Source: Patescibacteria group bacterium
GTDB taxonomy: Bacteria > Patescibacteriota > Minisyncoccia > Phycocordibacterales > PALSA-1337
Assembly (NCBI GenBank): GCA_024654575.1
Contig: JANLHG010000020.1
Span: 1-53,990, forward strand
Reading direction: 5' to 3'
Length of the DNA: 53,990 nucleotides
Notes under the pieces: generated by a model
Databases searched by the model: none
Told to the model about the DNA's origin: nothing
The model's input: only the letters and a program-made list of their open reading frames with translations
In this document: positions 19,911-30,171 of the stretch, in pieces
How the letters are laid out: every line of letters starts with the position of its first letter
How positions within the stretch are numbered: position 1 is the stretch's first letter
Made by a program: the position numbers and the translations under genes

Positions 19911-19925
19911 TTTAATATTATATCA

Positions 19926-20657
19926 TTATTCGTATCTTGGTATTCCAACATCTATCGTTTCCATAAAAATGTCGTTTTTATGAGATTCTTGATTCACTAA
20001 AATCACTCCGCGTTTTACTAATTCTAGCATTGCTAGAAAACTGACAATAATATTAACTTTTTCTTGTTTACCGATTGATGAAAAGTCTTTGAAGTTCATT
20101 TTTAGACTTGACTTTATTCTTGTCGAAAGATTTTCTATCACTTCTTCAAGATTTATCATCTTTTTTACAATGGCTTTTGGTAAAATATTATTTTTAGGTA
20201 AGTTTTGTAGAATATCATTTATATTAGTAATTAAATTATCAATCGTAATATTTTTACTTGGAGAAAAAATTGGGTTTATTTCTTGTAATTTTGTTGAAGT
20301 GGCACTAAAAATTATTTTTTTACCAAATATCTCTTCTACTGATTTTCCAGCATTTCTGATTTGTTCATAAATTTTTAATCGTAATTGTAAATCTTCAATA
20401 CTACCCTGTTCTTCTTCACTCAATGTTAGATTAGGTAAAAGTGATTTTGATTTTATCAGTAAAAGAGTTGAAGCAATTAATATAAAGTTAGCACTATCGC
20501 CTATCGGAAACTTTTCAAGTTTTTGTATATATTCAATATAATCATCTGCTACTTTTGCAATAGATATATCATTAATAAAAAATTTCCTTTTTTCTATTAA
20601 AGAAAGTAATAAATCTAATGCTCCTTCAAAGCTTTGTTGCTTGATTACAAATGACAT
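19926..20657 (-). CDS. scpA: Segregation/condensation protein A
   Basis: FEGALDLLL...LLLIKSKSLLP...FLAMLELVK; adjacent to scpB. Confidence 0.95.
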   Translation of the reverse strand: MSFVIKQQSFEGALDLLLSLIEKRKFFINDISIAKVADDYIEYIQKLEKFPIGDSANFILIASTLLLIKSKSLLPNLTLSEEEQGSIEDLQLRLKIYEQIRNAGKSVEEIFGKKIIFSATSTKLQEINPIFSPSKNITIDNLITNINDILQNLPKNNILPKAIVKKMINLEEVIENLSTRIKSSLKMNFKDFSSIGKQEKVNIIVSFLAMLELVKRGVILVNQESHKNDIFMETIDVGIPRYE

Positions 20658-20669
20658 ACTGTCATTATA

Positions 20670-22085
20670 CTATTTCACAAGCTTTATCCCCAATTCTTTT
20701 AGTTGTTTTTCACTAACAGTGGATGGAGCATTCATCATTAAGTCTTTACCTTCACCATTTTTTGGATACGCAATAACCTCACGAATATTCGGTTCATTCA
20801 TCAAAATCATTACAATTCTATCAACGCCAGGAGCAAAACCACCATGTGGTGGTGCACCATATTTGAATGCTTCAAGCATATGGGCAAACTTTTTTTGTTG
20901 TTCTTCTTCTGAAATACGTAAAAGTTCAAAAACTTTCTTTTGCATATCAGATTTATGAATTCTTATGCTACCTGAAGACAGTTCATAGCCATTTAATACT
21001 AGGTCATAAGAATTAGCACGAATGTTAAGTAAATCTTCTCCATTCATAAACTTCTCCACATCCTCATCTTTGATTGAACAAAATGGATGGTGTACTGCTT
21101 GTATGTTTCCCTGGTCATCTTTTTCAAACATTGGAAAGTCAATTATCCACGCAAATGCTAGTTCATTTTTGTCATTTTTATCTTTTCTCAAATCTGGTTT
21201 ATCTGAACCATATTTTTCAACGCATTCTGCATATTTTAGACGAGGAAAAGGCACAAAAGTTATTTTTTTTTCTGGAAACATTGTTTGAACGAGTTCGATA
21301 AACATCGCTTCTGTAAAGTTTAGTACATCTTCTTGAGTAGTAAATGACATTTCATAATCAAGCTGAGTAAATTCTGGTTGGCGGTCACCGCGTAAATCTT
21401 CGTCTCTCATACAACGAGCAATTTGAAAATATCTTTCAAATCCGGCTACCATAGAGAGTTGTTTGAATTGTTGAGGTGATTGCGGTAGAGCATAAAATTT
21501 TCCATTTTCAAGTCTAGATGGTACTAAATATTCGCGTGAACCTTCAGGTGTACCTTTCATTAAAATAGGAGTTTCAATTTCTACAAAATCGTTTTTGTGC
21601 ATGTAATCTCGAAAAAAAGAAATAATTTTGTCTCTCATTCTGATGTTTTTTTGCAGACGAGGTCTACGCAAATCAAGGTAACGATATTTTAGTCGTGTCT
21701 CTTCGTTTATTTCGTATCCATCATTTGAAATATCAAAAGGTGGTGTTTCTGATTCATTAAGTACAATGATATTTGTGATTTCTATTTCAATACTGCCATT
21801 TTCCTCATCTTTATTCACCATCTTTTCTGGTCGTTTATTAACCTTTCCATGTACTTCAATCACCCATTCTGGACGAACAGTATTGGCGATAATGTGAGCT
21901 TCTTTATGATTAGGTAAAGCTACCATTTGCACTTTTCCTGACATATCTCTTAAATCAATGAAGATTATTTTTCCATGGTCACGCCTAATATCCACCCAAC
22001 CTTTGAGTATTACTTCCTTGACCGACCCGTCAGGGTTTAGGTCTTCTTCTACTTTTAAATTTTTGATTAAAGTTCTATTTTTCAT
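20670..22085 (-). CDS. aspS: Aspartate--tRNA ligase (short form, GAD domain absent)
   Basis: OB fold, RYLDLRR, LPQSPQQFKQ, RDED...RQPEFTQLD, HHPF, GAPPHGG. Confidence 0.96.
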   Translation of the reverse strand: MKNRTLIKNLKVEEDLNPDGSVKEVILKGWVDIRRDHGKIIFIDLRDMSGKVQMVALPNHKEAHIIANTVRPEWVIEVHGKVNKRPEKMVNKDEENGSIEIEITNIIVLNESETPPFDISNDGYEINEETRLKYRYLDLRRPRLQKNIRMRDKIISFFRDYMHKNDFVEIETPILMKGTPEGSREYLVPSRLENGKFYALPQSPQQFKQLSMVAGFERYFQIARCMRDEDLRGDRQPEFTQLDYEMSFTTQEDVLNFTEAMFIELVQTMFPEKKITFVPFPRLKYAECVEKYGSDKPDLRKDKNDKNELAFAWIIDFPMFEKDDQGNIQAVHHPFCSIKDEDVEKFMNGEDLLNIRANSYDLVLNGYELSSGSIRIHKSDMQKKVFELLRISEEEQQKKFAHMLEAFKYGAPPHGGFAPGVDRIVMILMNEPNIREVIAYPKNGEGKDLMMNAPSTVSEKQLKELGIKLVK

Positions 22086-22124
22086 ATTTTAATAATACCA
22101 AAAATATAGCTCCGTGAATAGTCA

Positions 22125-22145
22125 GGATAAGGTTTAACCTTGTCC
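22125..22145. repeat. Short REP-like palindrome
   Basis: GGATAAGGTT-T-AACCTTGTCC in the divergent intergenic region. Confidence 0.45.
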
Positions 22146-22154
22146 GGGATATAC

Positions 22155-22183
22155 TTGACTTTTTAAACTACTTGGTATATAAT
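22155..22183 (+). promoter_or_regulatory. Near-consensus sigma70 promoter
   Basis: TTGACT-17 nt-TATAAT. Confidence 0.8.
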
Positions 22184-22262
22184 ATATATAGAATAGAAAA
22201 CCCACTAAAGTAGTGTGTTTCGACTGTTCTTAAAAATAAACAAATAAGGAAAGACTGATCCT

Positions 22263-22967
22263 ATGAATAATACAGAGATCGGTAGTGTTCCGAGTTCAGT
22301 ACTTGGAATGCTTGCAGACTTGAATCTTAAACTCAAACACGGGAGTATCACTCCGATCAATTTGGAGAGATTTTTGAAAGGGCAAAACCCATTTATAGTT
22401 GCCTCACCCGAACAATTCTCCACCGAATCCCAACTCCAAAGTTGGACACTCTTCTACCGCGAAGAATTCAACCAAACCCTCGACTTCTCAGTAATACAGA
22501 TTCCCGAAAAGCGAGAAGGTTTCAACCGTCTCATCATCGTCCCCAAAGGAATGACGATGAATCGAGCATACAAAGCATGTGAAAAACACTTTCCGTGCTG
22601 GCGCTACAACAACGATCTGGACACAGCGGTCCCCACAAACGATCGCACACCATCAGAATCATACGCTATCTGGGTCAGGGACCGGGTGGAGGCAGACGAG
22701 GAATTGAAAAAACTCTCTGCCAACGATCTTGTGGAACAGAAAGTGGGTGGTATCACCTTACTGGAACGTATTCTCTTGGAACTCAAATACTTCCGAGAAA
22801 CCGGCAAGCACCTGGACATCAAAAATGTCACTCTTTGTTCAGGTTCACGCGATGCCGATGGTTCTGTTCCGGATGCGTTCTGGCTTGGCGGTGAGTTCGG
22901 GGTGCGTTGGGGCTATTGCGACTTCCGGGGCTCGGACTTGCGTTCTCGCGAGGCAGTTTCCCTTTGA
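22263..22967 (+). CDS. Probable DGR target protein (C-terminal variable region, CLec-like fold inferred)
   Basis: Higher-GC gene ending ...LCSGSR.DGSVP.A.W...F.V.W.....R.SDLRSREAV; only 7 A in 22861-22960; followed by a hairpin. Confidence 0.72.
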   Translation: MNNTEIGSVPSSVLGMLADLNLKLKHGSITPINLERFLKGQNPFIVASPEQFSTESQLQSWTLFYREEFNQTLDFSVIQIPEKREGFNRLIIVPKGMTMNRAYKACEKHFPCWRYNNDLDTAVPTNDRTPSESYAIWVRDRVEADEELKKLSANDLVEQKVGGITLLERILLELKYFRETGKHLDIKNVTLCSGSRDADGSVPDAFWLGGEFGVRWGYCDFRGSDLRSREAVSL

Positions 22968-22987
22968 CCTTGTACCTTGTTCTATTC

Positions 22988-23015
22988 ATTCCCCGCTTTG
23001 CAAAAAGCGGGGAAT
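22988..23015. terminator. 12-bp hairpin with GCAA loop (bidirectional terminator and/or DGR cis hairpin)
   Basis: ATTCCCCGCTTT-GCAA-AAAGCGGGGAAT between convergent genes. Confidence 0.75.
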
Positions 23016-23019
23016 TATT

Positions 23020-24027
23020 TTAAAAATAATTTATTTTAATGACTTTTTTTACTTCTTCAACAGTTTCTCTTGCTGTTTTTTGAGCTTTTTCAGTTCCTTC
23101 TTTAAGTAAATTCATTACATATTTAGGGTCTTTAGCTAGCTGTTCTCGTCGTTCACGAATTGGTGTGATAATCTCTTCAAGAACTCCGATTAAATGTTTT
23201 TTAATAGTGACATCACCTAGTCCTCCTTTTTTGTATTGATTTTTCATTTCTTCAACACCATTTTTATCTTTATCAAAAATATCAAGATATGAAAAAACAA
23301 CATTTCCTTCAACATTTCCTTTATCTTCTACACGAATATGTTTGGGGTCGGTATACATCATCATTACTTTTTTTTCAATTTCTTCAGCAGAATCAGCAAG
23401 ATATATTGCGTTATTTGATGATTTTGACATTTTAGAATTACCGTCAATTCCCATAAGTCGTGGGGTTGTAGAAATAATTGGTTTTATTTTTGAAAAAGTT
23501 TCTCCGTAAATACTATTGAATTTTTGAACAATTTCATTAGCTTGTTCAATATGAGGTAGCTGGTCTTCCCCCACAGGAATTATATTGGCTTTGAAAGATA
23601 AAATATCAGCGGTTTGACTTATTGGATAGACGAGAAAACCAGTATTAACATCTTCTCCATAACCTCTTTGTTTCATTTCGTCTTTGACCGTTGGATTGCG
23701 TTTCAGTCGAGCTAGAGTAACTAGATTTAAAAAGAAAATAGTTAATTCAGCAATTTCTGGAATTTGCGATTGAATAAGAAAAGTTGTTTTTGTTGGGTCA
23801 AGTCCACAAGCTAGATTATCAAGAGCGACTTCTATGACATTGTTTCTAACTTTTTCTGGATTATCAAAATTATCAGTCAACGCTTGAATATCGGCAATCA
23901 TATAAAAACAGCTATCGTGTTGTGATTGTAATGACACACGATTTTGAATTGAACCAATATAATGTCCCAAATGAAGACGCCCCGTAGGTCTATCTCCTGT
24001 GAGTACAATGTCTTTAAATTTTGACAT
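23020..24027 (-). CDS. trpS: Tryptophan--tRNA ligase
   Basis: TGDRPTGRLHLGHY, YPISQTADI, PVGEDQ, KMSKS. Confidence 0.97.
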   Translation of the reverse strand: MSKFKDIVLTGDRPTGRLHLGHYIGSIQNRVSLQSQHDSCFYMIADIQALTDNFDNPEKVRNNVIEVALDNLACGLDPTKTTFLIQSQIPEIAELTIFFLNLVTLARLKRNPTVKDEMKQRGYGEDVNTGFLVYPISQTADILSFKANIIPVGEDQLPHIEQANEIVQKFNSIYGETFSKIKPIISTTPRLMGIDGNSKMSKSSNNAIYLADSAEEIEKKVMMMYTDPKHIRVEDKGNVEGNVVFSYLDIFDKDKNGVEEMKNQYKKGGLGDVTIKKHLIGVLEEIITPIRERREQLAKDPKYVMNLLKEGTEKAQKTARETVEEVKKVIKINYF

Positions 24028-24039
24028 ATGATAATTATA

Positions 24040-25131
24040 TCATATCCCCTCTTTTTTTAATTCTTCAATAAGTTTGATGGCGGATTTTGATAGTTTTCGT
24101 GGAAGGTTGATACTTATTTTTATCATCAAATCACCTCGTCTGTTTTTATCAATCGGCACCCCCTTTCCTTTAACTCGCAAGATCTCTCCATGAGAAACAC
24201 CTGCAGGGATTTTAACATTAATATCTCCGTCTAGAGTTTTTATTGATACTTCTTCGCCTAAGATAGCACTTGAAAGTTTGATATTCATATCCATAACGAG
24301 ATTATGTCCTTCTTTGTAGAATGTATTGTGTCGTTTTACATGAATTTTGATATATAAATCACCGGAAGTGCCATTTGATACTGCTTCACCAGCACCAGTT
24401 AAGCGTATCATTTCCCCATTATTTATGGCTGATGGAATTTTTACTTTTATTTCTTCTTGTTTTCGAGTAATTCCCGCTCCTCTACAGATTGAACATTTTT
24501 CTTTAGGAATTTCTCCAATTCCATTACAAGTAGTACAAGTTCTTACAGTAGAAAAATTACCCATGAAAGATTTTCTAGCTTCGTGAATTTTTCCTTTACC
24601 ATTGCAAATATCACAAGTTTTCATTCCAGAACCGGGTTTTGCACCATTTCCTTTACAAGTATCACATTTTGCATTTTTTGAGAGTAAAATAACCCTTTCT
24701 GTGCCAAAAACAGCATCTTCAAATGAAACCTCTATATCAATAGAAATATCTCTACCACGAGCCGTTTGTCGCGAACCAGCACCATTAGAGCGACCACCAA
24801 AGAATTCTCCAAATATATCGCCTAGGTCAAATTCAAAACCATTACCACTTCCATTTTGAGTAAATTGAGAAAAATCAAAACCACCAAAACCTTGACTATT
24901 TTGGTCAAAGCCTTGAGAGCCATCAAAATTACTTCCATAGGCATCATACTGTTTTCTTTTTGATTCATCCGATAATACCGTATATGCTTCATTTACTTCT
25001 TTAAATTTGGCTTCATTACCGCTTTTTTTATCTGGATGATATTCGTGTGCTAACCTACGGAACGCCTTCTTTATATCGTCTTTTGAGGCGCTTTTTTCAA
25101 TTCCTAATATAGAATAATAATCTTTTGCCAT
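24040..25131 (-). CDS. dnaJ: Chaperone DnaJ
   Basis: J domain with HPD, G/F region, four CxxCxGxG repeats. Confidence 0.98.
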   Translation of the reverse strand: MAKDYYSILGIEKSASKDDIKKAFRRLAHEYHPDKKSGNEAKFKEVNEAYTVLSDESKRKQYDAYGSNFDGSQGFDQNSQGFGGFDFSQFTQNGSGNGFEFDLGDIFGEFFGGRSNGAGSRQTARGRDISIDIEVSFEDAVFGTERVILLSKNAKCDTCKGNGAKPGSGMKTCDICNGKGKIHEARKSFMGNFSTVRTCTTCNGIGEIPKEKCSICRGAGITRKQEEIKVKIPSAINNGEMIRLTGAGEAVSNGTSGDLYIKIHVKRHNTFYKEGHNLVMDMNIKLSSAILGEEVSIKTLDGDINVKIPAGVSHGEILRVKGKGVPIDKNRRGDLMIKISINLPRKLSKSAIKLIEELKKEGI

Positions 25132-25171
25132 TACAATTAAAGTATATAGTTAACTATAACGCTGTCAAATA

Positions 25172-25903
25172 TTATTGAACGTCAGATGTTTCAGGTGTTG
25201 TAGAGGATGTTCTTCCTTTCTCTCTTATAGATTTTATAATGTCTCCAACATTTTTTCTAGCTCCTCTAATATCCTGAGCTCCTACCCTTAATTTTTCTCT
25301 TGCATCTTTTAGAACTTGTCTATTTGCTTGCATTTTTGTTTTATCACCTTCATCTGGCACAAGTGCAGATACAGATGAAACTACTGCGTCAACTTGATTT
25401 TTTGCGTCTTCAATTTTTGAATTAAATTCGGCAAATAAAGTTTCTTGTTCAAGAGTTATTTTTGCTTGAATTTTCGTACTAAGTCCCATCATGATATCAA
25501 TCAAGGAAGATAGTTTGTCTGCTTGAGCAATAATTTGTCCTTGTGGAATAATCAGAGAGTAATTTTTATAAGAATCAGTAACTGCCTTTACATCTTCTTT
25601 AAGTCCACTTTCATTTTCTCTATTATTTTCAATTTTTACTTTTAGAACTCTAAGAGGATTGATTTGTTCTTGAAGCGCTGATTTTATAGTTTCTTTTTGA
25701 TTATCATCAATATGCTTCATATTATCTATTCTCTCTACAAGTTTATTTAGATTAGTTACTCTTCGTTCCACCTCTTGAGTTCCTCGCATTCTCATTTTTT
25801 CTGCCTGTGCTGTCATTCTAGGACTTGTTGAAGAAGTTTGAGCAAAAACTGGTAAAGCTACCACAATAAGAGCAAGAGCAATTATTATTTTTTTATTCAT
25901 CAT
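25172..25903 (-). CDS. Secreted helical/coiled-coil hypothetical protein
   Basis: Signal peptide (...ALPVFA), charged helical body. Confidence 0.8.
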   Translation of the reverse strand: MMNKKIIIALALIVVALPVFAQTSSTSPRMTAQAEKMRMRGTQEVERRVTNLNKLVERIDNMKHIDDNQKETIKSALQEQINPLRVLKVKIENNRENESGLKEDVKAVTDSYKNYSLIIPQGQIIAQADKLSSLIDIMMGLSTKIQAKITLEQETLFAEFNSKIEDAKNQVDAVVSSVSALVPDEGDKTKMQANRQVLKDAREKLRVGAQDIRGARKNVGDIIKSIREKGRTSSTTPETSDVQ

Positions 25904-25920
25904 AATTTAATTATCAATTA

Positions 25921-26157
25921 TTATTGAGTAATAGGTGTGTCATTTATGGCTTCATCTACGCTGGCCATTCCTTCGTCGAATGAGTTTAGTTGAGCATCAA
26001 CAGAAGCTATATCTTCGTCTATTGAAGTCACAGCAGTAGTTGTTTCTACTGGTACGCTTGGAGTTGGAACAGTATTATTCCCTCCATACCAGAACCAAAC
26101 CATTGCGAGAACTATGATAACCGCTACTATAAGGACTATTTTTGGTGTATTAGTCAT
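25921..26157 (-). CDS. Small membrane-anchored hypothetical protein
   Basis: N-terminal TM, P/T linker, acidic helix. Confidence 0.75.
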   Translation of the reverse strand: MTNTPKIVLIVAVIIVLAMVWFWYGGNNTVPTPSVPVETTTAVTSIDEDIASVDAQLNSFDEGMASVDEAINDTPITQ

Positions 26158-26189
26158 ATTCTTATTTAATTAACTACTAATATCTAATA

Positions 26190-26444
26190 TTAAGAAAGAT
26201 GCTTTGAAACGAGTTTTGTCATTTCAAACATATTTACTACATCTTTACCGCCAAAAACTTTCTTTAGTTTTTCATCAGCGTTAATATTTCGCTTGTTTGC
26301 TGGGTCCTGAAGATTATTCTTTTTTATATAAACCCAAAGTGCTTTAACAACCTCTGAACGAGGCATAGGTCCTTTACCTACCACCGCCGCTAGTTCGTCG
26401 CTAACAGTCATTGGCTTCATAAATGCAGAGTTTGAATTCGCCAT
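26190..26444 (-). CDS. Stand-alone SWIB/MDM2 domain protein
   Basis: SDELAAVVG...PRSEVVKALWVYIKKNNLQDPANKRNINADEKL...MFEMTKLVSKHL. Confidence 0.93.
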   Translation of the reverse strand: MANSNSAFMKPMTVSDELAAVVGKGPMPRSEVVKALWVYIKKNNLQDPANKRNINADEKLKKVFGGKDVVNMFEMTKLVSKHLS

Positions 26445-26523
26445 ATTTTTTAAATTAACTTTTAATACTTGTAATCATATCACTCATACAAAACTTTGGG
26501 AAGCAACTCTAAAGGGGGATAGT

Positions 26524-27264
26524 TTATTTCTTAGCTAAACCATCAAGTGCTCGGAGAGCCTCAACTGGAAGCATAAATACCACAGTATTACTTTGGTCTG
26601 ATGACATATCGTTAACTGATTGCAATGTTCTCAAATGTAACGCTCCTGGGACTTGAGCCAACATAGATGCAGCTTTAGCAATATTTTCAGAGGCCGCTAA
26701 TTCTCCTTCAGAATTGATTATTACAGCTCTTTTTTCTCTTTCAGCTTCGGCTTGTTTACCTATTGTTCTTTCCATATCTGGTGGCAAACTCACATCTTTG
26801 AGTTCAACATTTTGAACTTTTAAACCCCAAGCGTCAGTTTCTTTATCTACAATTTCTCGAATTTTCTCCGCAATCTTATCTCGACTAGAAAGTAATTCAT
26901 CTAGAGTGACTTCTCCGACGATGTTTCGCATTGTTGTTTGTGCATATTGAGAAATAGCATAACGAAAATCTTCAACTTCTATAATGGCCTTGTTAGCATC
27001 GCTTACTTTATAGTAAATAACGGCATTGACTTTAACTGTCACATTATCTCTAGTGATTGTATTTTGGTCTGGAACATCTACCGCTTTTACTCTGATGTCT
27101 ACTTTTTGATAACTTTGAACGATAGGCCACACGATTCTCCACCCAGGTTCCATAATAGAAGTGAACTTACCAAGGGTAAATCTAACTCCTCTTTCGTATT
27201 GATTAATTTGACGAATACTTCTAATCAAAATAGCTAAAACTATCGCCGATATTGTATATTCCAT
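26524..27264 (-). CDS. SPFH/band-7 (slipin) protein
   Basis: QYERGVRFTLG, TRDNV, AQTTMRNIVG, QAEAEREKRA. Confidence 0.94.
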   Translation of the reverse strand: MEYTISAIVLAILIRSIRQINQYERGVRFTLGKFTSIMEPGWRIVWPIVQSYQKVDIRVKAVDVPDQNTITRDNVTVKVNAVIYYKVSDANKAIIEVEDFRYAISQYAQTTMRNIVGEVTLDELLSSRDKIAEKIREIVDKETDAWGLKVQNVELKDVSLPPDMERTIGKQAEAEREKRAVIINSEGELAASENIAKAASMLAQVPGALHLRTLQSVNDMSSDQSNTVVFMLPVEALRALDGLAKK

Positions 27265-27341
27265 ATTAAATTATTGTATTAATAGTAATTAGTTTCTGTA
27301 GTGTATTATAGCATGTTTTACATGAAATATTTATTTACGAC

Positions 27342-27449
27342 CTACTTTGCTATTTCAAAAATTTTTTCTACTAATTTTGGCCTAGCATAAAAAGCTCTTG
27401 TAGTTGAATTTTTTGATCCTTTTGTTCTAGCCTGTATCCATTTTACCAG
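27342..27449 (-). pseudogene. C-terminal remnant resembling a MutH/Sau3AI-family endonuclease
   Basis: Out-of-frame segment KWIQARTKGSKNSTTRAFYARPKLVEKIF*; the Q.RTKG...RAFY.R pattern resembles the MutH/Sau3AI C-terminus. Confidence 0.55.
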
Positions 27450-27709
27450 CCAATTCTCATTTCTTCAAGAAAACCTTTTGACATTAGCTTGAGGGTTTTT
27501 TCATCTAAATTTTGTAAATTTTCCCAAAGCTGAAATGTTTGATATATATCATCCTCTTTAATATTTTCCCATTCGTTGGGTTCAATTTCGACAAAGTCAT
27601 TATCTTCAGGAGTGTACTCTTGATTCATAACCAAAAATGGAAAATAAAAATCTGTATGTTGATCCAAATATTTTAATATTTCTATAGCCAATTTTCTACT
27701 TATATCCAT
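27443..27709 (-). CDS. Hypothetical protein (possibly N-terminal part of an internally deleted gene)
   Basis: 88-aa ORF whose end overlaps the MutH-like remnant in another frame. Confidence 0.55.
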   Translation of the reverse strand: MDISRKLAIEILKYLDQHTDFYFPFLVMNQEYTPEDNDFVEIEPNEWENIKEDDIYQTFQLWENLQNLDEKTLKLMSKGFLEEMRIGW

Positions 27710-27743
27710 ATCTGATCTTTGATCAAATATAAAATAAAGTCAA

Positions 27744-28761
<1,018 letters not shown>

Positions 28762-28779
28762 CTAAATTATATCATATTG

Positions 28780-29292
28780 TTAGTAAAAGGCGTCAGGAAC
28801 AAAATATAACGCTACAGAATTCATACAAAATCTCTTACCTGTGGGTTGTGGACCGTCATCAAAAACATGTCCAAGATGTGAACCACAAGTATCTAAGACT
28901 TCTATCCTATCATCTAAAAGTCCAGTCTCTTTGCGAAGTACCAGCACATCTTCAGATAGTGGAGCCCAGAAACTTGGCCAGCCAGTGCCCGAGTCGTATT
29001 TTTGTTCTGATCGAAAGAGTGGTTTGTCACAGCCCACACTGTAATATGTTCCTTTTCGTTTCTCGTGATTGAGAACACCGGTAAATGGAGTTTCTGTACC
29101 CGACTCCCTTAAAACATGATATTGCTCAGGGGTTAGGATTTCTTTCCAATGGTCCTTAACCACGACGGTGTCAGGTACTTTTTGCAGAGAAGAAAAGGTT
29201 TTGTGTTGGTAATACGCGAAACCAAATACAAACAAACAGACTAACAATATGACAGCAATTGTTTTATAAAATTGATGTATAAAATCATACAT
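28780..29292 (-). CDS. msrB: Membrane-anchored methionine-R-sulfoxide reductase
   Basis: N-terminal TM, GTETPF, KYDSGTGWPSF, HLGHVFDDGP, RFCMNS. Confidence 0.93.
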   Translation of the reverse strand: MYDFIHQFYKTIAVILLVCLFVFGFAYYQHKTFSSLQKVPDTVVVKDHWKEILTPEQYHVLRESGTETPFTGVLNHEKRKGTYYSVGCDKPLFRSEQKYDSGTGWPSFWAPLSEDVLVLRKETGLLDDRIEVLDTCGSHLGHVFDDGPQPTGKRFCMNSVALYFVPDAFY

Positions 29293-29293
29293 A

Positions 29294-29782
29294 TTATTTT
29301 AAATAGCTATCAAACCATATAGCATGACAAGTATAACTTGTTGGATTTTTCTGTAGATAATCCTGATGGTAGGCCTCTGCTTTGTAAAAAGTTACAAGTG
29401 GCTCGAGCGTTGTCACTACAGGGTCTGTCCAGCGTTTTGATTTGTTTACGATATCAATAAATTCTTCTCCCTCTTTTCTCTCCTCCTTGTTTCCATAGAA
29501 AATAGCCGAACGATAAGATGTCCCCCGGTCATTTCCTTGCTGATTGAGAGTAGTAGGGTTGTGAATCTGAAAGAAAAAGTCGAGAAGGTTTTTGTAGGAT
29601 GTTTTCGATGGATCGTATTCAATCTCAACCGCTTCGGCATGACCAGGGTGATTTTCATATGTTGGGTCTTCATTTTCTCCGCCAGTATAGCCAACTTCAG
29701 TTGCAACAACACCAGGCTGTGTCCTGATCAGATCCTCAAGTCCCCAAAAACATCCACCAGCTAATACAATTTTTTTATTCAT
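29294..29782 (-). CDS. msrA: Methionine-S-sulfoxide reductase
   Basis: [25 protein letters not shown]. Confidence 0.96.
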   Translation of the reverse strand: MNKKIVLAGGCFWGLEDLIRTQPGVVATEVGYTGGENEDPTYENHPGHAEAVEIEYDPSKTSYKNLLDFFFQIHNPTTLNQQGNDRGTSYRSAIFYGNKEERKEGEEFIDIVNKSKRWTDPVVTTLEPLVTFYKAEAYHQDYLQKNPTSYTCHAIWFDSYLK

Positions 29783-30140
29783 TTGATTTACCCGGAATAA
29801 ACTTCATTGATATTGAATTTACACAATGACGAATATTCTTTTCTGTTAGTCCTTCACCTGTAAACAGGTGGCCTAGGTGCCCACCGCATTTTTCACAAGT
29901 TATTTCTGTACGCATACCATCTTTATCTATACTTTTATGAATTGCTCCGGGTATTTCATCGTCGAAACTAGGCCAGCCACAAGTAGACTCAAACTTACTA
30001 TGCGAATCATATAATGGGGCATCACATTGTCTACAAACATAAACTCCATTTTCCTTGTTGTTTACATACTCACCTTTAAATGGAGCTTCTGTGCCCTTAT
30101 CCAGAATCACTCTTTTTTCTTCTTCATTTAATTTATTCAT
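29775..30140 (-). CDS. msrB: Methionine-R-sulfoxide reductase (Zn-type)
   Basis: [32 protein letters not shown]. Confidence 0.95.
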   Translation of the reverse strand: MNKLNEEEKRVILDKGTEAPFKGEYVNNKENGVYVCRQCDAPLYDSHSKFESTCGWPSFDDEIPGAIHKSIDKDGMRTEITCEKCGGHLGHLFTGEGLTEKNIRHCVNSISMKFIPGKSNE

Positions 30141-30171
30141 ATATTGATATCTAGATAATAATGAAATTATT

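Noticed and set aside
1-22085. Shortened ValS (no coiled coil) and AspS (no GAD domain) as pseudogenes
   Set aside because: Catalytic motifs are intact and frames are clean, consistent with streamlined variants.
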